Below are positions 8,549-19,700 of a DNA stretch of 35,718 nt, one piece after another. Where the stretch lies: positions 1 to 35,718 of the forward strand of contig DATEDY010000364.1 of NCBI GenBank assembly GCA_035281405.1. Direction: 5' to 3'. A model generated the notes under the pieces. That model did no database searches. It saw only the letters and a list, made by a program, of their open reading frames with translations, and was not told where the DNA came from. Each line of letters opens with the position of its first letter. The first letter of the stretch is position 1. The stretch comes from Flavobacterium sp. (GTDB lineage Bacteria > Bacteroidota > Bacteroidia > Flavobacteriales > Flavobacteriaceae). Made by a program: the position numbers and the translations under genes.

Positions 8549-9865
8549 TTGGAAATAAAAACTAAAATATTGATTCTTATTTTGCATGTGAGCTTTTATG
8601 CTTTCTCACAGGAAATTACTATGGTAGATTATCAGACACTTGCTAATTCACCCTTGAGAAAGCAGCAAGCTGATACATTGAGCTACATGTATAAAATTAA
8701 ATATTATGAAAATAGTATTTTAAAAAGAGTTGAATATTGCCTAAATAAAACGGATAGTACAGGAAATCTTAAATCGCATCCTTCAATAATTGACTATTAT
8801 CTTGATAAAAATGAGGATGTGGATATAATAAGTAAAAACTATCTTGAAAATAATGAATCCGGCCCTAATGTAAACTTTATCAAGATAAATAAAAAAGAGG
8901 GTTATTCAATGGTGTACAAATTAAATGAATACAAAGATGTTTTAGGAAAACGAGGAGTCATAAAGGCACATTATATTCTTGACAACGATAACAGGATCAT
9001 TGCCTTGGAAGAGAATCGAATAGCTGAAAATCAATCAAAAAAAAATATTTCAGTAAAAAATCTTTACGATGAATTAGGAACAATAGTCATGATTTGCGGT
9101 TATATTGACGATTCGTGCAGTGTCTATTCATCCAAAAATATGTTGCCTGTTGAAACCATTAAGCTTAAAGATTTCCAATATTTAAAAGATAAATATTTCC
9201 CATTTCAAAACATAGATTATTACAAAAATACTACCATCGAGCCTCCGGGTGTTTTAAACAAAATAGGTAAAAATGAGAACCACAGTAGAATCGAATTTAA
9301 AACAGATATAGGCACCAAAACAGATGCAAAAAAAATAGCCCTTTTGGATAAATACAGTAAATATCATTATCAAAAAAACAGATTAGTGAAAGTTGAATTT
9401 TTCGAAAAAGAAAAACTAGTTGCAACTGACTATTATGTCAATAATAAAAATCAGGAAGATTTGACAGTATTAAAACACCAAGGTATTAATACCGAATATT
9501 CCATAATAAAATTTGAAAAGAGGAATTTATTGGAAATAAAAAAATATTATAAAGGCACTACTTTTTTGGGTAAGACCTTAAAGCGGAAAGATGTTGTTGG
9601 GCATGTCATTTCTGAAGAATATTTTGATCAAAATGAGAAACAGCATCAGTATTCAAAAACAAGGAAAAGATATTATGATGCTAATGGATTGCTTGTATTT
9701 GAAAGTAGTTATTTGAATGATGGAAAATTAAATCAGATACTTCTTTACAATAATGAATATTTAGGGATTGTAACCCGTTTTGACAGAGATGAATGGATAA
9801 AATTTAAAATTTTTTTTTTCCCAAATGAAGACATTGATTTTTATAAGAGAGCTTCAATAAATTAA
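8549..9865 (+). CDS. Exported 438-aa protein with two tandem copies of the preceding gene's domain
   Basis: TTG start 1 nt after the previous stop. Signal peptide MEIKTKILILILHVSFYAFS-QE. Repeats end FPFQNIDYYK and FPNEDIDFYK. Confidence 0.65.
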   Translation: MEIKTKILILILHVSFYAFSQEITMVDYQTLANSPLRKQQADTLSYMYKIKYYENSILKRVEYCLNKTDSTGNLKSHPSIIDYYLDKNEDVDIISKNYLENNESGPNVNFIKINKKEGYSMVYKLNEYKDVLGKRGVIKAHYILDNDNRIIALEENRIAENQSKKNISVKNLYDELGTIVMICGYIDDSCSVYSSKNMLPVETIKLKDFQYLKDKYFPFQNIDYYKNTTIEPPGVLNKIGKNENHSRIEFKTDIGTKTDAKKIALLDKYSKYHYQKNRLVKVEFFEKEKLVATDYYVNNKNQEDLTVLKHQGINTEYSIIKFEKRNLLEIKKYYKGTTFLGKTLKRKDVVGHVISEEYFDQNEKQHQYSKTRKRYYDANGLLVFESSYLNDGKLNQILLYNNEYLGIVTRFDRDEWIKFKIFFFPNEDIDFYKRASIN

Positions 9866-9892
9866 ACATGAATTCAAAATAAAACATAAACT

Positions 9893-12800
9893 ATGCCACC
9901 ACCAAACACACCAGCTGTAGTTAAAAGATATTATCCGGCATTATCTTCAGTGGTTTCACTTGATGATTTTCCTGAATCACTTGGTTTTATAAAACAAGGA
10001 CTGCAAAGTCTATTTAGCAAAATCCACTATAAGGATTTACAATATAAAAAGAGCCCAAAAGGAGATGCCGCTTTTTATAGCTTAACCATTGTTTCAAGAA
10101 AGTTGGCCATTGAATTATTTGGTTCAGGTGTAAGCTTGGTGTTAAATCCAGATGAAAGTGGTGATCCTGATTTTAATATATCTGCTTTTCCAGTTACTGT
10201 TGAGTACCAATGGAAAATACTGGCCTACCTTCGTAGTTTTGATTTAGATAATTTTTCGTTTACTCCTCAGGAATTTTTTGAATTAGGGTTAATTATATTA
10301 AATGTTTCTGAAGAGCAGGCCTTGGCTCACTTTATCAATACATTTACCGTACCTGATAATGAAAATATTTTACCGCTGGAGCAATTTGTAAATGATTTGC
10401 AAGAGAGTAATACAGAACTAGCGAATCTAGGTATTGTTATCAATATAGATACGAAACTAAAAGAAGTAGTTCAGGCCATAAACCAGCACACACAGAAGTA
10501 TGCCACTCTCTATGCCTTTGGTACTTATTTGCTTCAAAATGATTTGAATGATACAAAGAAAAAATTAGGGGAATTTTTCAAGAAATTCATCCCGGATGAT
10601 ATTGAATCTTACATCAAAGATATTCTAGTACCTAAAGCCAAAGTAACCTTAACTGTATCGGCAGCTATTGAGTTCCCGAGAAATATTTTATACCCTTACA
10701 AGCAAAATGGCGCAATATGGGAAAGAGAGCCCGAAGGAAGTGGTGTATTATCCCGATTTTATTTTGGTAAAATATTATTGTATGCCGATACTCAAAAAGG
10801 GATTGGCTATAATATGGATTTGGTTGGTGATTTAGCCCCACAATATTCAGAAATTGGTAATACCGGATTGTTACTTCAGCTTCAAAAATTAAAAATTGAC
10901 ATTAGCGATAAGGTTAATATCCCTGAAGCCGATGCAGATGGACGCCCAACAGATTTCAGAGGTGTTTATGCTGATGCTCTTTCTGTAACACTACCTTCAA
11001 AATGGTTTAAAACCGGAGCCAATACTAACGGGTCAACCTTAAGAATTGGCGGATATAATTTATTGATTGGGACAGGTGGTGTATCAGGGACATTTGCTCT
11101 TGAAGCTGTCCCTACGCAAAATGCTTCAGATGGGGAGATTATCGATTTTTTCTCTTCTAAATTTGAGTTCGTTTATCCAATTACGGGAATAATTAATAAT
11201 ACTGTTACAAAGGAAGAAGAAAATATTGTTATTGCTAACGAAACGGAATTATTAACCTATCTTAATTCTCTTTCCAACAAGCATTTATATGCTTTTAAGT
11301 TTCCATTAGAAATTAGCCCAGCTTCAGGATCAAATATTATATTTAATGGTCAGCAGGAGTTTAGAAACTATATTACTAATCTTGTTGTAGAAGAAAATGG
11401 TACTATGTGGATTAACATAGGTAGCGAAGAGAATGGTTTTCTAGTTGGATTTAAACGATTTGATATTTCTTTCAGGCAAAACAAAGTGATTTCTTCCAAC
11501 CTAAGAGGAGCACTCGAAATCAAGAAGTTTGTTTACCCTGAAGGAGCAGTTGATGCTAATGGTAATTCCATTGCAGGACAGACTGTACACATAGATATTG
11601 ATGGTCATTTGTATGACAATGGGGATTTCAATTTAACGGCTTCAGCCAACCCTGCCTATGATCTTAAACTTCCAGGAGTTTTAACCTATGGAGTAAAAAC
11701 AGTTGAACTAGGTAAAGAAGATGACGATTATTATATTGGAACTTCCGGTACATTGAAATTTGATGATGTACCCATACTTAGTAATTTGCAAGCTATCGAG
11801 ATAGACAGATTGCGTATTTACAGTGATGGTACGATTGAGATTAAGGGCGGTTCGATACAGCTTATAAAACCCATAGTATTGCCATTAGGACCTGTTGAGA
11901 TTACTGTAACGGCTATACATTACGGTTCACACCAAAAAGAAGTTGACGGTGTAATGCGCAAGTTTAATTACTTTGGTTTTGACGGCGGTGTGAGCATCGA
12001 TCCGTTAGGGATTGAAGTGAGAGGAGACGGTGTTAAATTGTACTATTGTTCCGATAACTTACCTAATAAGCCAAATCCTTATTTACACATACAAACATTA
12101 TATGTTGATTTGACCATTCCGGCAAGTTCGCCAGTGGCCATTATAAACGGATGGCTATCCATACCTGAACCCGGAACGTCACCGGAGTATATGGGTGGTA
12201 TAAAAATCAAACTACCTAAGGCTAAGATATCCGGTAGTGCAGATATGAGGTTAATGCCGAAGTATCCTGCATTTATTATAGATGCAGAGGTAGAATTCCC
12301 AGCACCGATTCCGTTAGGTTCTTTTGCCATCTACGGTTTTAGGGGATTACTGGGGTACCGTTATGTAGCCGAGAAAGAAGCCATAGGACTGGTATCCGGT
12401 GTGAATACCTGGTATGAGTATTATAAAGCGCCACCGAGAGGTATCCATGTTAAAAAGTTCAGCGGGCCAAATCAGACCAAGCAAAGTGGTACGCCATTCT
12501 CCATTGGTGCTGGTGCCTCATTGGGTACATCCTATGATAACGGTACTACGCTGAACATTAAAGCTATGGTTTTATTATCTGTGCCCTCCTTATTTATGAT
12601 TGATGGTAGAGCCTCTTTAATTTCGGCACGTCTAGGTTTAGAAGATACCAAAGATCCACCGTTCTTTGCTTTTGTGGCACTTGGGGATAACTCCTTAGAG
12701 TTTGGTTTCGGGGCCGATTTTAAAATGCCTACCAGCAGCGGGTCTATTCTTAGTTTGTATGCCGATGTTCAGGCAGCGTTCTTCTTTAACGATTCGTCCA

Positions 12801-15800
12801 AGTGGTATGTTAACATTGGAACACGAACCAATCCGGTTACTGCACGTATTCTGACCCTGATAACGCTTCAAAGTTACCTGATGATGTCTGCCAAAGGAAT
12901 AGAAGCAGGAGCGAGAGGAGAATTCATTTTCAAGAAAAGTTACGGACCGGTAAAAGTTAGTGCCTGGGCTTATGTTGAAGTAGGTGGTAAGATTAGTTTT
13001 GAGCGACCACAAGTAGGCGGTTATATAGCAGCCGGAGTAGGTGCAGAAATTGATATCCGAATTTTACATTTATACATCGCCATAGATTTATTATTTGGTG
13101 CGGAATCGCCAAAACCGTTCTTGATTTACGGGAAGTTCCGTCTATGTGTGAAAGTTAAAATATGCTTTATTAAGATTAAATTCTGCGGACAGGTTGAGAT
13201 TTCGTGGGATTTCAACAAAACCATTGAAAGAGCACCAATTAATCCATTGATTAATGCTGGAAGTAGCAAGCCGATAGAAGATATTGTTGTTGGAGTAAAT
13301 ATGTTAACCAATGATACGTTTGAATTGGCTTATTTAGGAGGTACAATGCCATCCGGATTGGATACTAAGATTCTTAACAAGATAATTCCTCTTGACACTT
13401 ATATTGATATAAAAACGGAGAAGGGATTATTGCCAGGAGGCGTTAGTGGAAAAATAGGAGGTGTTAATAATGCGCCTTCACGTTACACAGATTTGATACC
13501 ACCTGACGCTGTGGTGAGAGGCAAAGCAATGCGACAAGTGAAGCACCAATATCTTATTGATGAGATATCGATAATGAGTTGGGACGACACCAACAATATA
13601 TGGAAAGAATACAATCCATATAAGGCTTTATACCCTGATGATGGAACATTGAACAATTTGAAAATAGGTCAGTGGCAAAAAGTTGACGGGCAATATAATA
13701 CTATCAGGTTATTGGCTACCAATCCTTTTTCCTATACAGAACAAGGTGAACCTGGATGGCATATCCCTGAACAGTATGGCGTGACACCAAGCTCATTATT
13801 TTGTGAGAGTCACCATAGAGAGTATAATTGTGCCGACTTTTTATCCATAGCACTTGGCCGACGTTTTTATTGTTATGATATTGATAATCATTTCTTCTTC
13901 TCTAATGAAGCCGCATTTATGCTATTAAATTCTGAAGATGATGAGTTTGCAGAAGTAGTAGATGATGGTAATATTTTTGATTTTGAGCAATCGTTATCGT
14001 TTCCAAATCATAATCAGTTGCAGATTATACTTCCTGATCCTGCTTCGAAGATAGATTTGAGACTGTCAAGTTTTGCTGATGGTGTAAAAATTAAATATTA
14101 TGCTGCCCATGTTGATGTGAATGACAATCAGGTGCAGTACAGACATCCGAATACTGCTTTGAATTCAAGTGCTCCTTATGAAGTATTTGTTCCGATCAGT
14201 CATTTGGCGATGCCTATTGAGTATTCACAAAGTATAATTCCCGGGTGGAAGGCGATAACCAAAGTTGTGATCGAGCCTGTTTATCCAAATGCTGCCCTTA
14301 TTCATTCCTTACAGGAACAAATTGCAGTGATAGAGGAGCATAATATGCAAATATTACTAGAAGGCTTAGAAGAACCTTATCAAACCACTGCTGTTTTGGA
14401 AGATCAGCTGAATCATTTATTGTGCTCTAGAGGCAGTATTGTGAGAGAACGATACCGATTCGATTCTCAAGATAATATCCATGCTTTGGTTGATAGTAAT
14501 AATAATGTAGGGCCTTGGACACAGACGTGGGATTTAGACAATGAAGTGAAATTTGAAGAAAACCTTTTTGGTTTTAGAAGAGACGGGAATAAATTCATCA
14601 TTGCATGTGATTATGAAGTCGTAAATATCAAATTATTGGAGAGAGTGCCTTCTGACAATGTACCAATGCCGTCTTATGTTGTAGAATATGATGGAGCGAA
14701 TGCGTTGTTAACCATTGATCCTTTAGCTGTAGATTATCTTTTAGGTAGTGATGTATATAATTTTGAGATTACCTATTTCAATACCAATGTCAATTCTCAT
14801 TGCAGTGTAAGTGACCCGGCAATGTGTGTTGTTTACCATCAAATATTTGACATATTAGCACATAATTTTGAAGTTACCCAGCCTATTGATTTAAGCAGCT
14901 ATCAGGCTTTTACCGCTCAAATTGTTACTATTTTAAAGGCTTCAGGATATGAATCTCAAATTGACGAAATCAGAGAGCATTATGATGTATTGGTAGTTTT
15001 TAACCATTTAAGTGGTCAGAACTTAACGATTCAATCATTTAATGAAGCCGTTATAGCTATTGAAAATGTATTGGCTATTTTAAACGAAATAGGTAATTGT
15101 AAGTGCGGTTGTGATGGAGAAATAATGAACACGCTGTTTCATAAGATTTGCTGGCTGACGCTGGAAGATTATGAATACAACTTAAATATTCCTTCTCAAC
15201 AGGCTATTGAAGCAGATTCACAAGCTACTATTGACGGTATAAGTAAATTTATACAACCAATATGGCGACCGGATACCAGTTATATTGTTAAGTTCAGATT
15301 GAAAGATATTGTTGATAATGGTTTTTCGACAACACCATACAATTATGTTTATGGTTTTACAACAGCGGGACCTGTAGGTTTCTTCCATACCCATGAGAAA
15401 GCTACTTATGGAGATATTAAACTGACTCCTACTACCATATTAGACGATACTACGGGTATTGTAAGAGACAATAACGGAGTGATAGTTTTACCTAATCAAG
15501 AGCCTCATCCTGATAAGTATCCATTGACTTCATTGCGTCATTATATTGATTACAACCGTTCTTATCCTAATGCAGATGGCAACTTATTAAGCGCAAAACC
15601 ATTGTTTTATGGTGATGGAGATAATACTAAAGTATCCTTGTACTTTACAAAATCCTATGCGGTTCATTTTTTCCAGGACTGGCAGCTTTATAACGGCATG
15701 GATGTTTTAAAGAGCAAGTTGAAAATAGTGATCAAAGATCCGAGAGAGGATGTGAGTATATCCAACCCACCTTCATTGGATAATGTAGTTTCCACTATTG

Positions 15801-16690
15801 ATATACCACAAACTGTTGAGACTTGGACTGAGGATGCTATCAATCCACTTGTCCCTTTTGTTACAAGCCAATGGATTAATATGTTTAATGCCAATACTTG
15901 TGTTGGTACCGGACAGATTATCAAGCCAAAATCGAAGTATGTATCAGTAGAACTGAAACAGCTCAAACCTTCGAAATTGTATACAGCAATTATAAATGGG
16001 GTGTATGATGTTTATAAAGATGGTGTTTTAGGACCAGTACCTAATCCTAATGATCCTAATGAATTACTGTATCAGGATGAAATCAGAGAAGTTCATAAAT
16101 TCGTTTTCCAAACGTCAAGGTATGCCAACTTTAACAAGCAGATTCAAAGTTATAAACTTGATGAAGCAGCAGGTGTTAATGCCGTGTTTACCATCGAGAA
16201 GTCATTTACAACAGACTTAATAAATGCAGCTTTGAAGACCATTAAAGGAGAGAGTTTATCCGGTGTCTTATCTGATGCAGTACTTAACAGAATAAATACC
16301 AATTACCAGCATGCATACGATAGAATTTTTGAAGGGATTTTAGGTTTGGAACCACTTGATGAAGCCGTTACTACCGAATTTAATATTATCAGAAACAGTA
16401 GCGATGCCAATACGGTTTTTGCCGTGATAGTCAGAAATCCGGAACCTTTTAATAATCCAAAAATGATTGATGGAGATTTAACAGATACCCTAAGAGTCTT
16501 GTTACAAGATACGTCTAATCAAGATACTAATTATTTTGTATTGTTCTCTAAAGACAGGTCTCAGGCTATTATCATGCATAACAGTTTGGCTATTAATGTT
16601 AACTCATTACGAATTGGTTTTACTTACAAGTTATGGAATGGAAACGGATATACTGTTTCGCCAATTGAGGTAGCACAAATTTCATTTTAA
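9893..16690 (+). CDS. Giant 2265-aa protein with long beta-strand-repeat region (tentatively DUF6603-like)
   Basis: No signal peptide and no obvious T9SS CTD. About residues 290-1110 are Gly/hydrophobic alternating strands, including IIDAEVEFPAPIPLGSFAIYGFRGLLGYRY, which I recall resembling DUF6603 proteins. Confidence 0.6.
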   Translation: MPPPNTPAVVKRYYPALSSVVSLDDFPESLGFIKQGLQSLFSKIHYKDLQYKKSPKGDAAFYSLTIVSRKLAIELFGSGVSLVLNPDESGDPDFNISAFPVTVEYQWKILAYLRSFDLDNFSFTPQEFFELGLIILNVSEEQALAHFINTFTVPDNENILPLEQFVNDLQESNTELANLGIVINIDTKLKEVVQAINQHTQKYATLYAFGTYLLQNDLNDTKKKLGEFFKKFIPDDIESYIKDILVPKAKVTLTVSAAIEFPRNILYPYKQNGAIWEREPEGSGVLSRFYFGKILLYADTQKGIGYNMDLVGDLAPQYSEIGNTGLLLQLQKLKIDISDKVNIPEADADGRPTDFRGVYADALSVTLPSKWFKTGANTNGSTLRIGGYNLLIGTGGVSGTFALEAVPTQNASDGEIIDFFSSKFEFVYPITGIINNTVTKEEENIVIANETELLTYLNSLSNKHLYAFKFPLEISPASGSNIIFNGQQEFRNYITNLVVEENGTMWINIGSEENGFLVGFKRFDISFRQNKVISSNLRGALEIKKFVYPEGAVDANGNSIAGQTVHIDIDGHLYDNGDFNLTASANPAYDLKLPGVLTYGVKTVELGKEDDDYYIGTSGTLKFDDVPILSNLQAIEIDRLRIYSDGTIEIKGGSIQLIKPIVLPLGPVEITVTAIHYGSHQKEVDGVMRKFNYFGFDGGVSIDPLGIEVRGDGVKLYYCSDNLPNKPNPYLHIQTLYVDLTIPASSPVAIINGWLSIPEPGTSPEYMGGIKIKLPKAKISGSADMRLMPKYPAFIIDAEVEFPAPIPLGSFAIYGFRGLLGYRYVAEKEAIGLVSGVNTWYEYYKAPPRGIHVKKFSGPNQTKQSGTPFSIGAGASLGTSYDNGTTLNIKAMVLLSVPSLFMIDGRASLISARLGLEDTKDPPFFAFVALGDNSLEFGFGADFKMPTSSGSILSLYADVQAAFFFNDSSKWYVNIGTRTNPVTARILTLITLQSYLMMSAKGIEAGARGEFIFKKSYGPVKVSAWAYVEVGGKISFERPQVGGYIAAGVGAEIDIRILHLYIAIDLLFGAESPKPFLIYGKFRLCVKVKICFIKIKFCGQVEISWDFNKTIERAPINPLINAGSSKPIEDIVVGVNMLTNDTFELAYLGGTMPSGLDTKILNKIIPLDTYIDIKTEKGLLPGGVSGKIGGVNNAPSRYTDLIPPDAVVRGKAMRQVKHQYLIDEISIMSWDDTNNIWKEYNPYKALYPDDGTLNNLKIGQWQKVDGQYNTIRLLATNPFSYTEQGEPGWHIPEQYGVTPSSLFCESHHREYNCADFLSIALGRRFYCYDIDNHFFFSNEAAFMLLNSEDDEFAEVVDDGNIFDFEQSLSFPNHNQLQIILPDPASKIDLRLSSFADGVKIKYYAAHVDVNDNQVQYRHPNTALNSSAPYEVFVPISHLAMPIEYSQSIIPGWKAITKVVIEPVYPNAALIHSLQEQIAVIEEHNMQILLEGLEEPYQTTAVLEDQLNHLLCSRGSIVRERYRFDSQDNIHALVDSNNNVGPWTQTWDLDNEVKFEENLFGFRRDGNKFIIACDYEVVNIKLLERVPSDNVPMPSYVVEYDGANALLTIDPLAVDYLLGSDVYNFEITYFNTNVNSHCSVSDPAMCVVYHQIFDILAHNFEVTQPIDLSSYQAFTAQIVTILKASGYESQIDEIREHYDVLVVFNHLSGQNLTIQSFNEAVIAIENVLAILNEIGNCKCGCDGEIMNTLFHKICWLTLEDYEYNLNIPSQQAIEADSQATIDGISKFIQPIWRPDTSYIVKFRLKDIVDNGFSTTPYNYVYGFTTAGPVGFFHTHEKATYGDIKLTPTTILDDTTGIVRDNNGVIVLPNQEPHPDKYPLTSLRHYIDYNRSYPNADGNLLSAKPLFYGDGDNTKVSLYFTKSYAVHFFQDWQLYNGMDVLKSKLKIVIKDPREDVSISNPPSLDNVVSTIDIPQTVETWTEDAINPLVPFVTSQWINMFNANTCVGTGQIIKPKSKYVSVELKQLKPSKLYTAIINGVYDVYKDGVLGPVPNPNDPNELLYQDEIREVHKFVFQTSRYANFNKQIQSYKLDEAAGVNAVFTIEKSFTTDLINAALKTIKGESLSGVLSDAVLNRINTNYQHAYDRIFEGILGLEPLDEAVTTEFNIIRNSSDANTVFAVIVRNPEPFNNPKMIDGDLTDTLRVLLQDTSNQDTNYFVLFSKDRSQAIIMHNSLAINVNSLRIGFTYKLWNGNGYTVSPIEVAQISF

Positions 16691-16709
16691 CGTATTTATT
16701 TGAAAAATT

Positions 16710-19700
16710 ATGTCATTTATAAATAATTATACAGAATCATCACATACACAGTTTTATGCCGAAGAGTTTTATGAAAGGGGAATTCCGTTTATTTATTCGA
16801 TCGGAAAGAGCACTAAGGGAGCTACTATATTAAAAACGGATGTTGCAGGGAATACCATTTGGCAAAAAGAATTCTCTGCAGAAGGTTTGTCGTCTGAACT
16901 GAATTTTAAAAAAATCATTCAGATTAATGGTCACGAAGGAACCAGTTATGTATTGAGTTGTGATGATGGAGACAACCATGTTCTATTGAGTATTGATATT
17001 GATGGGAATATTATTTACTCTAATCAATTATTCATCAGAGCTGTTGGAGATGGTTTTCTTGTAAAATCAAAGACCAATAATGACTATTATTATGTTTTTT
17101 CCGGGTTTTTTGAGAAAACATACGGAGGGACCACTCTTAGTCAAATTATGATTATTGGGTTTAAAGAAGATGGGCAACAGGCTATTGAAAAGTATTTTTA
17201 CACCGGAAGCGCGTCTGATCTTTTGATCCGTAATGTATTGACTCATCAAAATGGGATTACAGTTTTGGCAGATCATAAAGGAGGAAAGTCCCATATTATA
17301 GAGTTTGAATATGAAAGACTGGAGGTGTTACTCCATAAAGAAATTATGTTTGGAGAGGAGGAGGAGTATTCCAATTTGATTAGTCATGATATCGCTGTTG
17401 TATCTACTAATTATGATGATCCTAAACAAAATAAATATATTGTTTCCGGATATCATACTGTTGATCAGTGTATTTATCTTCTGTCGATTGATGTCTCCGG
17501 AACGTCTTATTTTTATAAGTTTTACAATACACAAGAAAGCCTGTCAAACTTATGTTACACCAATGGGTTGTTATTTTTGAGTATAACTAATTATGATAAT
17601 AACTATTCCAGATTACATAAGATTACTACTTCGGTACCGTCAGATTTCGGGCTTTTATGGTCAAAGCAATTTAATGATGGCGGCAGTTATTATGGATTAG
17701 CCAAAGTTATATACAATCCAATTAGTAATTATTTGACTAGCATCACAACAGATGGAACACTTTTGCTTTACAATGATGGTTATTTTAGGACTTGTATAAC
17801 TACTGAATTAGAATACAGTATTGAACGACCGGTTGAAATGAAGCTTTTGAGTGGAGATTCTTATCTAACTGACATATCAAACAGTATTCATTCCTTTAGC
17901 TTTGCTGTTAATGATGTTACTCCGTCACTAAGAGTAACCTGTGAGGATAAAGTAATCATTCCTTTGAAAGGAGATGTTACTTTACAATCTTCCAATTTTT
18001 ATTTACAGGCAGTTGGTTCTACCGGACTTGACAGTACCAAAGGTTTTCATTTAAGATGGTTGTTAAAAGGTGCTTTACAAAATCATTTGCCTAAAGGTAA
18101 TTATGCTACAACGGCTGTTAATTTTAATAAGCCGGATGATTTTGTTAAAATTTATAGGGCTCCTTATGAGGATTTCAGTGTTGTGCTGGATTTATTTTCC
18201 ATACCTAATTTAGTTTCAGACAATAAACGGCTTTGGACTTACAGTACCATTGGGAGGGATATTTTTTATGTTCATTTTAAGGACGCTACAAAATATCAGC
18301 AGGCAAGACAGCAGTATGACCCGATATCGATGCCAAAAGAATTTATTGAACTATATGGTGACGGTGTTATTGAAATAGAGAATAAGACAAAATTGAGTTT
18401 TTCGGTTACGCCTTATTTTTATGCTTCTCCTACAGCAAACGTAAAACTGGAACTTTTATCAGTGGAAAGCAATGCATTGACCGCACCTAAATATGTTTCG
18501 TTAAGACAGAAAAAGACTGCGGAATTAATTAATGATACGAAGCTATTAAGTGAAAATATAAGGAGTATTCGTTTTTCTATTGATGAAGGACAAATTGAGA
18601 AGTTGCATTTTGAATTTTATCATGATTTTATTCATCAAAATAATAGTAATGAAAAATGGACATCAATAGGGCAATTTGCATTAACCAAGGATACGGATAC
18701 TGCTTTTTTTAGATTAGAGCCGGAATCAGGATTAGTGGATACTAATTGGTTACGCTTTAATGATAACGCTCATGTTAATATTGAAAATTACAAGGATAAG
18801 TGGAATGGTCCAGCTTCAGGAACTGATGTTGAAGACAAAATTGCATTTGTAGTAGATAAATATATTGCATTAAGTGATGATGAACTTAATCCGACTGCTG
18901 TTGAGCAATTTAATTTTGTTGATCCAACTGCTGATCCTATTGATGGTTTTACTCCCGATTCAGAATATGATCCTTCGGATCCAGATGATGCGGGAGCAAC
19001 ATTTGAAATCTCGAACCTACAGCTCTTACAAGTGGCGTCCCTTGATTTTCATGTGGCTCGTATGTTGGGTTTAGGAACTCTTGACTACGATCCTTCATTG
19101 TATGACGGAAAGTATATTTACCTTGCACAATATGTTACGGTTGCTGATTTACATGATGGTAAACCAAGTAGAGAAATGCATCATGTTTATTGCTCGTTGC
19201 CTACTACAATAAATGACGAGAGAATGTCATTGCCTATTGACATAAAGGAAATAAAGTATGGTGTTAGTTATGGTAATGGTTCTGAAAATCCACAGCTTTT
19301 AACCGATGAAGACGGATACACACATGATGGAAGAACCCGATTTCTGACTTTATTCAATGAAGAAATTTACAGTGAGCCAGCTAATGCAGGTTTCTTTCAC
19401 AGGGATATAGAATTTGACTCATCACTGTATACCGAGCCTGTTTATGCCGGTATTGAATACAAGCTCAATGGAGAGAATGATTGGCGAAAACCTGAATTGC
19501 CTTTTGATTCCAGATATTATAATTCAGATAGTACGATTGCACTTAATAAGAGAAATGAAACAGTTCCGATTCTAATTCCTGAACAAGGTAATCCATTATT
19601 CCTACATAGGGAAAAGCAGGCCGGAACCCATATTTACAGTTCCTATGGAATAAACTGGTTCAGCAGAGCGACCGGTAGCTTGGTAGAAATCCCTATTACT

